From positions 82,212,001-82,276,000 of the forward strand of contig OX597822.1 in the NCBI GenBank assembly GCA_951406725.2: 64,000 nucleotides of DNA, read 5' to 3'. Below the pieces are notes generated by a model that was given only the letters and a program-made list of their open reading frames with translations, ran no database searches and was not told the DNA's origin. Shown piece by piece: positions 1 through 12,231 of this stretch (positions within the stretch are counted from its first letter, which is position 1; each line of letters opens with the position of its first letter). This DNA comes from Octopus vulgaris. Lineage: Eukaryota. A program made the translations under genes and the position numbers.

Positions 1-1166
1 CAGCCTATCAGATCTGGTCAAACCATCCAACCCATGCCAATTTCTGAAATTTTTTTATGGGTTATATATGAATACACACACAAAATAGATGTATACAGAT
101 TTCAGCCCTTGGACTGCAGCTATGCTGCAACACCTCATTGAAGGGTTTTAGCCAAACAAATCAACCCAGGTACTTATATACTTGTTTTAAGACTGGTATT
201 TATTCTATCAATCTATTTTGCCAAACTGCTAAGTTATGGGAATGGAAACAAACCAACAATGACATACATGCATAAACATATGTACATATATATATATATG
301 ACAGGCTTTTCAGAGTTTCCATCAACCAAATTCATTCCCAATGCATTGCTCATCCTGGGGTTATAATAGAAGCTACTTGCCCTAAGAGCTGTTTAATGGG
401 ACTGAACCTGATACCACATGGTCACAAAGTGAGCTTCTCAACCACACAGCCTTACCAGCACCTATGTTGAGATATTTCTACATTTTTCTATTTATCGCTT
501 TATGGCCGAATCACTTCAAAAGGAATCAAAGACTTATTCAGTGACTAAAATAAGAATTCTTTGATGGACAGAATTCTTCTCCAGAAATCTCTATAAAATG
601 TTGTTGACTTTTAGCTATCTTGCTTCGACCTTTCGTTGTCATTTCACAACAGACGAAGGCTAAAGGCAATTTTTTTTTTACCCAAGTTTTTAGTTGTTGT
701 TTATTTTTTAGACCAAGAGACTTTGTTGTATTTCTCCATCAAAAGGACAAAAATATAAAATGACATGATTTAACATAGAAACATTGGTAGACGATGTTGA
801 GTTATTTAGTCACTTGTCGTCCAGGTATGATAATAAATAAATAATTATAAAGGTAGCAACAGAAAATATCACTGTAACAGGCAATGATGAAGCCAGTATG
901 TAGTTTCATGACCTACAAGAAATAACAGCCAAATCCCCCTTGAATCACATCCCGATCAAGAACCTACTGGATGATGTACTTCTAAATACACTGTTTGACA
1001 ACACAAACAAAAATACACTATGTGATTGCACCAGTACAACTGCATCTCTGTACTTATTTACTCATGTCTAAAATGGCCAAAAAGATATCATAAGCACATG
1101 AAAGTGAAAGGGCAATAACATGGTTATATATTTGTGATGAGCAATGGAAGCAGTTTTAGTTCAGAA

Positions 1167-1383
1167 CAGTAATCTGTATATCTTATTATCGACATACTGT
1201 AAGAAAGTCACAAAACAGTGGGTTTTGTCTTGAGAAAGCATCTCATATAGATGTAAAGTATTAAAAAAGTTCTGTGTATTTTTAGCACTATACATCTATA
1301 CAAGATGCTGTCTTGAGACAAATACTCCAGTTCTGTGGCTTTCTTGCAGTATCTCTACATTTAGTAAGATACACAGATTGCCG
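1167..1383. repeat. ~215-bp imperfect palindrome (fold-back/MITE-like)
   Basis: aatctgtatatcttatta...gcatctcatatagatgtaaagtattaaaaa (1171-1267) is the reverse complement, with scattered mismatches, of tttttagcactatacatctatacaagatgc...taagatacacagatt (1279-1379); short loop. Confidence 0.85.
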
Positions 1384-2239
1384 TAACCATGCATAGTCTA
1401 ATGATATTTCAGAATAAAATTCCTTCCTCAGATATCCCTAGGAATTGATGGAGTCACTGCTATAATCAGTTTTCTAACAACTTTTCTTTTTTTCTTTGCG
1501 GAAGAGTCTCAGCATTGATCTCACGAATCTCTTTCCAGAATTCCTCATGAGAAGTGCGTGAGGTCAGCTATGTCTCAATCTCATGTGTGCTGGCAAATCC
1601 ATAGTGCTGCTTCTAAGTTACGCATTATATGTGCAGCTTCCTTTTTTTCGATTCTTTTTTTTTTTTTTTTTTTTTTGTTATAAACAGTATATGAGCATGT
1701 TATCAAAAACGAACCTACATGCATCCAGATGCAGATAAATAATGTATTGATTACCAACCTCCAGCCTGTTGTTAATTTAGGGCTATTCTTTAAAAGACTA
1801 AAACATTTGATAATTTTAAAGAAAAAGACTGAGAATCTGTGATGGTTATGCCTTTCTAAATGATATTATTGATTTAAGGGCAGTGAAATGACTCCAAATA
1901 GAAAAACAAAAACAAGACTGGTCAGCAGCAGATACTTGGATAACTGAGATCAAAACACTGTATTAGGACATCTAACCATTAGAAGGAACTTCTCTATACT
2001 TATATGACTGCTAAAAGTAACAACCAAATCACACTCTAATATCATGCAAAGGAGATGATAGTTGATGATGTAGCCCTAGATAATATATCTAATACACACA
2101 CAACAAAAGTGGTAATATTTCAGATGGAAAATTTTTGATTATATATCTACTGATACATGGCTGACACATGATTAAACAAAACTAGCATACTGTCATGGCA
2201 ACATGAATAGCAATAACATGCCATACATATACACATATA

Positions 2240-2914
2240 GAATGTCTAAGAAGGGGAGTTTATCATGCTGAATTCTATAGTGATTTGAATGTGAGGATTT
2301 ATGTTGTTTATAAAAGACTGGAATTGTTTCAGGTTATAAAAATGTTTCCTCCATAAAATGTAACAATCATCTAGAAACCTCTTCCAGTTTTCTTTCAAAT
2401 ATCAGCTGAAATTTTCACCAAAAGTTTCAGAAGATTTTTCATAGAGTTTTATTTTGTGATACCAGATGGTTAAGTTGGCATATGTAGGGGAAACTTGTTC
2501 CCATGGCTATTCTGAACTTTTGTTGATAGGCTATGTTATCAAATATGAAGCAGCTGTTCTCTAAGATGAATTGGAAGCATTCAATAATAAATTTTCTATC
2601 TATGCACCCTGGTGTTTTATATGGAAATGAGCCTAGCCAATATTCTACAGCTTCAATTCCCTAACTGTGAAGGATGTTGCTATATAGGTTCACAAAATCA
2701 AATGTGATCAAATAGGTGTTTTTATTTATTTTGTTAGGTAGATGGTTGAATATGTCCAAATTATCTTGTAAAAAGCTCTTTATATATTTGAGGAGCGCTT
2801 TTAGTAGAATGTCTAGGAAATTAATTAAGCAATGTGTTTCACACAATGGGCCTGTTACAATAAGTCTCAGTTTTAGATCTGATGGTTGTGGAATATTAAC
2901 GCAACTGTGTTTTG
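2240..2914 (-). mobile_element. Penelope-like retroelement reverse transcriptase fragment (decayed)
   Basis: Minus-strand peptides across frameshifts: LKLRLIVTGPLCETH, FLDILLK..YIKSFLQD, LITFDFVNLYSNI, IAMGT, WKRFLDDCYILW, PFLDI. These are PLE RT motifs in the correct order. Confidence 0.85.
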
Positions 2915-2915
2915 C

Positions 2916-3135
2916 GGATCTTTACCTTTTGACCGACAGATTTGAAAACATTTTTTTGTAACAAAACACTTTCAAACTTCGTATACTGGTAGAATGTGTC
3001 ACATAAAACACCTTTTACTCTTGGCGTTGTTGAGAAAATTCTGTATTTTGCAAGTTATTTCTTGTTAAAGTTAAGGTATTTCGGTAATTTCAACCAATCA
3101 ATGACGTGTATTCAGCTGAATAAAATTACTGCCAT
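2916..3135 (+). mobile_element. Truncated copy of the MITE found intact at 53235-53669
   Basis: Starts ggatctttacctttgaccgacag (like TIR ggatcttttctgtttgaacggcag) and shares aaacttcgtatactggtagaatgtgt...ttgagaaaattctgta...ttcaaccaatcaatgac with the 53-kb copy. Confidence 0.75.
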
Positions 3136-3287
3136 TGTTTGTCAACAACAACTATCAGCAGTGTATATTTCGTTTGTCACTGTTATTTATGATATATTTC
3201 ATCTTAGTTACGTTTGTATGAATAAACAAGTGTATCTGAAGCATGTTTACTTCACCGCATCACCATAATAGTATATATATATATATA

Positions 3288-3516
3288 TCATCATCATCAT
3301 TGTTTAGCGTCCGCTTTCCATGCTGGCATGGGTTGGACGGTGCAACTGGGGTCTGGGAAGCTAGAAGGCTGCACCAGGCCCAGTCTGATCTGGCAATGTT
3401 TCTACGGCTGAATGCCCTTCCTAACGCCAACCACTCCATGAGTGTAGTGGGTGCTTTTTACATGCCACCTGCACAGGTGCGAGACAAGTCTGGCAAACGG
3501 CCATGGTCGGATGGTG

Positions 3517-3520
<4 letters not shown>
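3288..3520 (-). mobile_element. SINE/LINE-tail family C ((GAT)n tail; ttggcgttaggaagggcatccag motif)
   Basis: catcatcat...ttccatgctggcatgggttggacgg...gcccttcctaacgccaaccactc. Many copies in the window (about 1-40, 7683-8045, 8185-8482, 12232-12585, 14590-14800, 18590-18762, 22113-22372, 24650-24830). Confidence 0.85.
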
Positions 3521-3558
<38 letters not shown>

Positions 3559-3560
<2 letters not shown>

Positions 3561-4430
3561 TAGCTAACGTACCCAGTAATTCCTGGAAAAGCGGGATTAT
3601 CCCTTGGTTCCATTCTCAATTATTTCGCTAATGCAATAACAACAATACAAAGTATGTAGCCCTTAAAATGGTTTTTGAGCATTTACAGAGAATACCGAAC
3701 TGTCTTACAAAGGATCTTGTTTTTAAGAATTCCCAATAAATTATGAATACCCAAATTGTGAGGTCAGTTATTTAATAACATGAAATTAGTTACCCAATAG
3801 TAAGAATTCAAATAAAGTTGCCCTGTAAAGGGTTTTAATGCATTCTCAGAGTATATAGAAAATATGAGGAAATACTAGTAAGGTATGTATACTAAAATCC
3901 TGAAGCATGTTGCGTAATAACAGGCCAATCAGATATGAGATAATAACAATTCAAAGTAAATAACTCTGAAAAGGGCTTTTGTGCGTTCCCAGAGAATATT
4001 ACCCTCAGGGGCGCTAGTGTTGGTATATTCGTGAATAAGTCACTAACCGAAATAAGAGGATCTATTGTTTAGGAAAATACTATTTACTTGTTTAAGGGTT
4101 CTACTGGATAAATTGTGAAAATAACTAACATTTCAAATACTAAAAAATACGCATACTCAATTTGATTTATACCAAATGATTTAGGAAAATGAATGGTTTA
4201 TTTCCCTTGGCTGTTAAAATAAAATATATTAGTTATATATAAGGATCCCTTCCAGGGGCCCTATTATTGATTTTATTTCAACAATCTGAGTAAGCCATTA
4301 GGTTTCCAGATATGAGTTCTACTCCTGTGTCAAGTTTCATCAAAATTGATAACACAATGTAGAAGGAGTTAGCTAACAACTCCGCAAGCAAACGCACCCA
4401 CAGACAGAATTTCCCACATATGTAGTAGAT
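3559..4430 (+). mobile_element. Non-autonomous Helitron-like (Lep1/DINE-type) element
   Basis: Begins actagctaacgtaccc and ends aagtttcatcaaaattg...ggagttagc...acagacagaattt...tatgtagtagat, with (TA)n on both sides. This terminal architecture resembles invertebrate non-autonomous Helitron-like elements. Confidence 0.55.
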
Positions 4431-5192
4431 ATATATATATATATAATTGTATGCATATGCATTTGTGTAAATAACTGCCAAGCTGCCAACTAGAGAGATA
4501 GACATACAAATTCCTTGCATACATTCAACCATGCACACACACACACACATTGCAGAGAAATCTCTGTTTTGATTCAAACAAGAAACTTCTGACATTTTGT
4601 AAGTGATCAGCTTTTATTCTTTTAAAAAGTCCAAAATATTGCACTAAGACACCATACATATATACATCCTTTCCATACCTGCAACTACACAGACACACAC
4701 AAATGTGTATACACAAATGTCTGGAACTAAATTCAAACAAGAAAGTCTTGTCACTTTGTTAGTGACAGGCTTTTATTCCGTTAAGAACTTCAATATAGTT
4801 CCAGAAGAACAATATTTATGGACACGCATACACACATTTAAAGCAGTGGGGAAGACTTTTCTGAAGGAAACTGTTAAAACAGGAATCATTTTGTTTTTAA
4901 AAATTTCAGTGCATCAGCATATATATATATATATATACATATATATTTGCACACTTACAAATTTGTGTGTGTGTTTGTCACTTTTGAGTTATCTCTACAG
5001 ATATTCTATAGAATTTAGAGCTGGCACTGAAAGTTATGATTTGTATATGAATACATCTATGTAAAGAATATGTGATCAATAATAGAAAAATGTATTACAT
5101 GAAAAGGTAGCACAATACTGACTTATAAACCTTTAATATACTTGGTAGAATATGTCATGGTTGCTAAACAAAATATGATGTCCTTAACAGCA

Positions 5193-5231
<39 letters not shown>

Positions 5232-6647
5232 CGCACATATAGATGTGAGTGTGTGTGTATTTATTAAACATTTACATGTAGAGGGGTAACAGTGTGTTTC
5301 AAGTTTTAGTCTGCTAGACTTCAGTGTACTATAATACACTTGAGCTTCTTTTGGCTTTATGTAATCTTTAGCAAGTTGTTTTTCTGGGGTAAATGGAGTT
5401 ATGTAGGCTTTGTGTATGTAGATACAGGAAGTAGAAGTGTAGGAAGGAGGAGAGAAAAGGATAGGGAGAAAGTAGGTTTGTAAGGTGTGGGCTGGTAGAA
5501 AGTTATTGTTGGAAGGTTTTGTTTGTTCAAAGTTGGAGTTGTGTTATTGTTCAGAGTTTGGTCCAATGTGGAAGTAAGTATGAATATAGGTGTGTCCATT
5601 TTAGGTCTGTCAGAAAGTTTGATATTGTTATTCTTCAGTATTCACAAAATTTTTTTTTTACATGAATTAGACGTACAAACATATTTGGTGACAAGAGGTT
5701 AGAATATGAAAGGTTAGGAGGAGGCATCTAGCTGTGTTATTGAAAAAATATGCAGACAACATTATTAAAAAGAAGATTCTTTAAATATAATAAAATAAAT
5801 TACTTGACAACCATCTCAGAACATAAAATTTCAGTTGCAAATAAATATTCTACTTTTTAAAAATTTTGAAATATTAAACACATACATTTTCTCTTCATGT
5901 TAAAAATAAATGTTCTCTTTCCCCTCTGTTGAAGGGTTACTGTCTGAAATGTCAAGTGCATTCACTTTTTTCCTTCCTTACAGCATAAAATTAACAACTA
6001 GACATTGTTTACTTACTTTTTAATTTGGATTCTCTTTTTTACTTGATTTTGATAAGTGACTGGAATTCTGCAAAAATGAAAATTTGAAGAAATCTAGAGT
6101 GTTGGTGTTTTACAAAAATTTTATTCAGTTTATTTTTAATTAGGGAAGCAAACAAATGTGTATGCTCAAACATTCACTAATAAACACATTAACAACATGT
6201 AGCATTTTTAACTGTTTTTTGCCTTTTATTTATTTTTGTTGCAGTTGTTATTGAGTTGCTCATTACGGAAAATTTCTTTGTTATTACATCTACACAGTTA
6301 ATTATCTACACACACATGCATAGACACAACTACACATCACACACAGTTTTGTACACGATCAATCTATAATAATTATAATGAACAACCTTCTATAATGGCT
6401 TTTGAATATAAACTCAGCAACTTAAAGCTGGTGTGGAGTGCAGAAACAAATGTTGCGATCTACTATTAAAGTCCAATATCCTCCATCCTTGTGTTGTATT
6501 AATCTTATGCAAAGAGGAGTTGCACTTGAGTATCCATTCCTGGAATATCTGCACTGTAGGATATCATGTGGTAGCCATATAATAACATAAGAGCTCATGT
6601 AGGCATGTTACGAGGCCTTCACCCGAATTGTACTAAATATATGCAAG

Positions 6648-7136
6648 CATGTGTTTGTGTGTGTGTGAGAGTGAGAGTGTGTATGTATGTGTATGTATGT
6701 GTGTGTATGTGTGTGTATGTGTGTATATATAAGTATGTGTGTATATGTGTGTGGGTGAGTGTGTGTGTGGGTGAGTGTGTGTGTGGGTGAGTGTGTGTGT
6801 GGTGAGTGTGTGTGTGGGTGAGTGTATGTGTGGGTGAGTGTGTGTGTGGGTGAGTGTGTGTGTGAGTGAGTGTGTGTGTGAGTGAGTGTGTGTGTGAGTG
6901 AGTGAGTGTGTGTGAGAGTGTGTGAGAGTGAGTGAGAGTGAGTGAGAGTGAGTGAGAGTGAGTGAGAGTGAGTGAGTGTGAAAGTGAGTGTGTTTGAGCA
7001 TGTGTGTGCACAAGCGGGATCATGCGATTGCATGAGTGTGCATGCACACAAGCCTGCATGTGCATGATCCCGCATGTGTGTGAGTCTGCATGTGCGTGAG
7101 TCCGCGTCTGCGTATGTGTGTGTGTGTGTGTGAGTA

Positions 7137-7168
<32 letters not shown>

Positions 7169-7205
7169 CATGTGTGTGCATCTGTATGTGTATCTTTATG
7201 TGTGT
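6648..7205. repeat. Compound (GT)n / (GTGA)n / (GTGG)n microsatellite
   Basis: Direct inspection; source of the spurious His/Thr ORFs. Confidence 0.95.
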
Positions 7206-7682
7206 GAGCTATGGTTAGTTATCATTCAATTAATTACTTTAACGAAAGTCTAGCTTTGTATCATTTTATTTTACTTTTCATAATGTTGCAGTCATGTTGT
7301 TATTGTTGCTGTTGTGTTGGTTATTGGTCCATTTTTTGATTTTTATATTTTTCGTTTTAGAAATTTTTTTTTCCTCATTAATTAAAATGGACCAAACTTC
7401 CACATTCAACAGACTTTTAGATTAACAAGCTAATTCCAACATTTTAAAGAATAAACCAGAAACTAACAAGTCATCCTCTCAACTACCCCTACTCCTACCC
7501 CTTCCCCATCCCCTACACACATCCTCTCATCTGCATCATCCACCCTTAGTTTTGATCATAATAACAATGCCAATTTGAGATCTCCACTCAGAAATGCAGA
7601 CACTGTTTATGAACAAGAGTCGAGACAAATGATTAGAGTCACAGAGATAATCTATTAGAAGTGACCAATACACAAATACATA

Positions 7683-8045
7683 TCATCATCATCGTCATCA
7701 TCATTTAACGTCTATTGTCTATGCTGGCATGGGTTGGACGATTTGACCAAGGCTGGCATGCTGGAAGGCTCCACCAGACTCCAGTCTGATTTCGCATGGT
7801 TTTCTATGGCTACATGCCTTTCCTAATGCCAACCACTCTGAGAGTGTAATGGGTGCTTTTATGTGCCACCAGCATGGGTGCCATTTGCATGACACCAGAG
7901 TACTTTTACATGCCACCACAAGTGTCAATTTGTGTGACAATGGTATCTGCCATGACTGCGATTTTGCTTGGCTTGATGGGTCTTCTTCTCAAGCAGGACA
8001 TAATGCCAAAGGACTCGATCATTGCCTCCGTGAGGCCCAACACTT
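7683..8045 (-). mobile_element. SINE family C, long variant
   Basis: Family C tail plus internal ctcaagcaggacataatgccaaa...gtgaggcccaacact block, also present inverted at 12232-12585. Confidence 0.85.
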
Positions 8046-8100
8046 GACAGGGCCTCAGCCACTTTGCCTCTGTGTATGTGTATATATACACAGGCATGTA

Positions 8101-8142
<42 letters not shown>

Positions 8143-8184
8143 CATACATACATACATACATACATATGTATCTATATAGATACT

Positions 8185-8482
8185 AGCTGATGCCAGTACT
8201 CCCTGAATGCCACCCCACCCCCTGTGCCAGTGGCACATAAAAAGCACTATCAGAACGTGATCAATGACAGGTTCACCTGACTGGGCTCCTGTGCTGGTGG
8301 CACGTAAAAAGCACCCACTATGCTCTCGGAGTGGTTGGCACTAGGAAGGGCATCCAGCTGTAGAAACATTGCCAGATCAGATTGGAACCTGGGTACAGCT
8401 GCTGGCTATCCAGACCTCAGTCAAACCATCCAACCCATGCCAGCATGAAAAACAGAAGTTCAACAATGATGATGATGATGAT
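8185..8482 (+). mobile_element. SINE family C
   Basis: gtggcacgtaaaaagcaccc...tggttggcactaggaagggcatccagctgtagaaac...caacccatgccagcatg...(gat)n. Confidence 0.85.
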
Positions 8483-8490
8483 ATTCATAC

Positions 8491-8548
8491 ATGTCGACAC
8501 AAGGAATACTGGTAAAACATTCCTATCAAGACTTCCACCTCGTGACAT
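8491..8548 (-). CDS. Putative first coding segment MSRGGSLDRNVLPVFLVST (phase-1 intron follows); product unknown
   Basis: ATG at 8548 is open for 19 codons plus 1 nt up to the GT donor. No downstream coding exon could be identified in 1-8490. Confidence 0.4.
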
Positions 8549-8826
8549 TACAATAGGTTCAATATAATTGTTTGGGACAGAGAAGAAAATCTATAAACAG
8601 TCACAGAGGTCAGCTGCCCAGCAGATGTGAATATTTCTTCCAAAATCAATGAGAAGAATATTTATACACAGCTACTTCAAAAGCTGCAGCTTCAAAGAGG
8701 AATTTCAAATTCTCATAAACACCAATAATAAGTGGTGCGCTTGACTATGTTACAAAATGTTTCAGTGACAAATTCAAAAAGCTAGGAAGGAAAGTAACCA
8801 GGTAAAACACACTTTGTAAATAAATT
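8491..8826 (-). other. Candidate exon (5'UTR plus start codon) of the minus-strand host gene
   Basis: Acceptor atatttttattgttccttttacAG at 8828-8827 and donor cat|GTATGA at 8490. Unique non-repeat sequence that retains CpGs in a CpG-depleted background. Confidence 0.55.
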
Positions 8827-8892
8827 CTGTAAAAGGAACAATAAAAATATGCAAGACTTTTCTAAATTTTAACAGGTGGTACATTTTTACAC

Positions 8893-9309
8893 GTTTCAGT
8901 AATTTGACTGCAGCCATGCTGGAGCACTGCCTTTAGTTGAACAAATTAACCCCTGGACTTTTTCTTTGTATGTCTAGTACTTATTCTATTGGTCTCTTTT
9001 GCTGAACCGCTAAGTTTTGGGGACATAAACACACCAACATCGATTGTCAAGCAATAGTAGTGGGGACAAATACACACACACACACATATTATATATATAC
9101 CTACCTATATATCTATATATATATATATGTACATATATGTATATACACGACGTGCTTCTTTCAGTTTCCGTCTACCAAATCCACTCACAAGGCTTTGGTC
9201 AGCCTGAGGCTATAGTAGAAGACACTTGCCCAAGGTGCTACACAGTGGGACTGAACCAGGAACCATGTGGTTGGTAAGCAAGCTCCTTACCACACAGCCA
9301 CACCTGCGC
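8893..9309 (-). mobile_element. tRNA-derived SINE family A (CORE-like central domain)
   Basis: Reverse complement gives gcaggtgtggctgtgtggtaag (A box)...ggttcagtccc (B box)...gcaccttgggcaagtgtcttctactatagcctc (CORE-like)...gtgctccagcatggctgcag. Other copies at about 300-462, 23624-24058, 29372-29790, 31140-31508, 31868-32026, 32265-32592, 33060-33380, 36535-36730, 37660-38020, 62355-62570, 62640-63050. Confidence 0.9.
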
Positions 9310-9491
9310 TTTATTGATTTTCCTGTCCAAATTCTAGCAATAGAATTATGTTTCCTTGTTTCCAGCTATTAAGAAAAAAGAGAGAAACCTGCATACGTAC
9401 ATAGATACATACATGCTCATACACATATTCATATATGCATATCTTCATGCACAAATGTATATATATACACACACACCCTCACACATGCATT

Positions 9492-10473
9492 ATGATGGCC
9501 ATCCACTCGTGACCGAGGAAGACCATTGCCGACCTTCAGGAACATTGTGCGCTCTAAGACTAACTTATATTTTGCATTTGCAGCTCCATTGGTGGCTAAT
9601 GAGCCCTGCTCTTGACAAGCATACACAACTGCAAACATTGCAGACCAAGCTTTCCCCATTCACTATACGAGCCGTGCGCTTTCGCGCAGCTCGCTTAAGT
9701 TCTTCATGCTGGATACGTGCTCTCTCAAAAGTGTCAATCCCCTCCTTAACCTGCTTCCTCCATCTGTGGCGATGACAGGCATTGTTCTCCCAGTCAGTGT
9801 CCTGCATATCAAAGGCCTTTAATGAGGACTTGACACAGTCCTTAAATCGCAGTCTTGGTTTCTGCCGGAGTCTCCTTCCATTCACAAGTTCTCCATAGAG
9901 CATCTGCTTAGGAATCCTTCTATCCTCCATTCTAATAAGGTGTCCAATCCAACGCAACCGATGCTTGTGTACCATCGCCTCAATACTCAAGATATCAGCT
10001 GTCCTCAGGATCTGTGTGTCTGGAATTTTTGAGGTCCAGCCAACATTGAGAATGTGTCTGAGACATCTCTGATGAAAACGTTCAAGGACCCTGACCTGAC
10101 ATTTGTACAGAGTCCATGTCTCACATGAGTAGAGAAGCGATGTCAGTACACAAGCACGGTACACAGCAACTTTTGTTCTCCTTGCGATGCCATGTTGGGA
10201 CCAGACACGAGACTGAAGAGACCGGAAGGAATTAGTTGCTCTCTGCAACCTGAAAGATATTTCCTCATCCAGGGAGCAAGAACGGCTGAGTGTGCTGCCC
10301 AGGTAGACAAACTTGTCTACTACCTTCAGAATCGTTCCTTCAACCAAGATAGCTGGTTCTATATATGGATGTCCTGGTGCAGGCTGGAACATTACAACAG
10401 TCTTGTCCAGGCTAATGCTGAGTCCAAATGCCCTGCAAGAAGCAGAAATGCAATTCATGAGTATTTGCATGTC
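9492..10473 (-). mobile_element. RTE-clade LINE 3' fragment (end of RT, thumb, C-terminal Zn finger, 3'UTR)
   Basis: ORF 9565-10611: FGLSISLDKTVVM, VDKFVYLGSTLS, LLYSCETWTLY, LERFHQRCLRHIL, RLRWIGHLIRMEDRRIPKQMLYGEL, CNVCSCVCLSRAGLISH. Homology begins at DMQILMN (about 10473). Confidence 0.93.
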
Positions 10474-10700
10474 AAGGTATATGATGTTGTGGTTAGGAAA
10501 GAGCTTCAGACTTGCTTGTCCAGCATTGAAACTGCTGCAGGATGGGAAGATTTTCAAGACCAGGTTGCTCAATGTGCAGCCGAAACACTGGGGTATGTTA
10601 CTGCCAGACACAGAGACTGGTTTGATGAGAATGATGCTGAAATTTAACGACTATTAGTGGTGAAGCTCCATGCCCACAGTGTGTTGCTGCACAGAGAACT
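10474..10700 (+). mobile_element. Inverted upstream segment of an RTE LINE (endonuclease-RT linker)
   Basis: Plus-strand peptide WEDFQDQVAQCAAETLGYVTARHRDWFDENDAEI*RLL..K..AH, the characteristic RTE linker motif (DWFDEND). Confidence 0.85.
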
Positions 10701-10964
10701 ATGAAATGAATATGAAATCCATATCAGAACATCTCCATGTAAAACGAACCTTCCCAAGCCCAAGCCCAGTGCAAAGCAGATTCAATAAAACTGAAGAATC
10801 ATTCTGACAAAGGAGGTATTAAAGCAGATCATTTGCTATTTAGAAACTCTCTTTCCAGTACACACACACATAAACACACTTCGTTGTAATGTGGTGTCGG
10901 ATGAACTGTTTTAGCAAATTATTGCTAAAACAACTTCAAAGCATGACCAACAAATGTAGAGAAG

Positions 10965-11490
10965 ATTATTTTAGTCACATATATTTGTATTTGTGGTTTG
11001 ATACTGTAAATGTGAATATATTTTTTACTTGTGTCTCAGGAGGTCATTATGCCAATAATAAACACATGCACTGATTCTGTTTCACTTCTTCATCATTTTC
11101 TTTGACAAATGGTTAACTATTTAGCCAATTAACTAATTGACAGATTAATTGTTTGGTCAATCAATCAATCAGGTTTGTCAAAGGCCTTTTGTCATCATTC
11201 ATGACTGGGAGTAGAGAGGGAGAATGCTATTGATACGGTTGCAAACACCAATGGAATTTCTTTCACAAACCTAAATCATTGATTGACTGAAAGATTAATT
11301 AAACAATCGACTACTTAACTGATTAAATAATTCATCAATAAACAAATAATGATAAATGAAGTGAAACAGAACCAGTGTGTATTTATTATTGGCAAAATGA
11401 CCCTTCCAAAAGTCAACAAAATCTGCATCAACAGATGAATTCACATCATGTGTTGATTTGCAAACCAAATACAAAAATGAATAAATTAAT
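10965..11490. repeat. Long imperfect inverted repeat (old MITE-like)
   Basis: ggtcattatgccaataataaacacatgcactgattctgtttcacttc (11042-) pairs with gaagtgaaacagaaccagtgtgtatttattattggcaaaatgacc (-11402); inner gtcaatcaatcaatcaggtttgt pairs with acaaacctaaatcattgattgac. Confidence 0.8.
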
Positions 11491-11569
11491 TTCAATTTGA
11501 TATTCATACATTCAATAGTTTTGCTTAACTGTATCAGATTAAATGTAGAATCTGTATAAAATAAGCATT

Positions 11570-11705
11570 TTTCTTAACTGTTTAAAAATCCAAACTTCAT
11601 TTAATGGAAGCTGCTTGGTTTAATGATGCCTCTGATTCAGATTCATTCAGCCAATCTTAATTATGAGAATAACGATTCTTCATCTATTATGACAAGTTCA
11701 ATGCA
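11570..11705 (-). other. Possible non-coding (5'UTR) exon; downstream boundary uncertain
   Basis: Very strong acceptor ttttttttagtttttttttatttcAG at 11707-11706. No convincing donor and only tiny ORFs. Confidence 0.3.
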
Positions 11706-12231
11706 CTGAAATAAAAAAAAAACTAAAAAAAACAGAATAAGTTTCCTAATTAGTCAGTGAGAAAACTGAAGTAAATCTGCAAGTTTACTTTTACCATTCC
11801 ATTTGATTATTGTAAATCCTTTAATTAAAAGTGTATTGGATGTTGGAATCAATGTGAAGAATTTGATCAACCTTAAACATTCAGTCATTCAAAAAAAGTT
11901 GAAGGCAAGCGTAGAAGAATTACTCAAGTGGAATTGGTAGCTTGCAAGTATTGGAATTAAGGTATATTGGAAATATCCTGACAATTGGATCACACTGAAA
12001 AAAGACTTAGTCATTCATAAAATGTCATGGTAACATGATAAGGTAGTAATAAGGAATAAATTTGTGTATGTGTGCATGTGTATATGTGTGTGTGTGTGTA
12101 AATTATGTATAAGTATGTATATTATGTATAGAAAGTCCTTGGTACACTATAAAATATTTGAAAAAGATGAACAGAAATGGTTTTTCTCATAATTTTTCCA
12201 CAATTATTAGGTGTGGTGGCTGAGTTCCTTT

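Noticed and set aside
1500-1645. Possible miRNA- or snoRNA-like hairpin (gatctcacg...cgtgaggtc)
   Set aside because: Only about 9-13 bp of pairing and no box motifs; the minus strand reads like a decayed LINE (EEFWKEIREIN).
6605-7171. Long His/Thr- or Cys/Val-rich ORFs (also at 30042-30730, 43688-44246, 54921-55353 and elsewhere)
   Set aside because: Translations of dinucleotide and tetranucleotide microsatellites that lack stop codons.
9565-10611. 348-aa ORF as a host gene
   Set aside because: It is an RTE LINE fragment; its N-terminal ~45 residues are antisense to another LINE segment.
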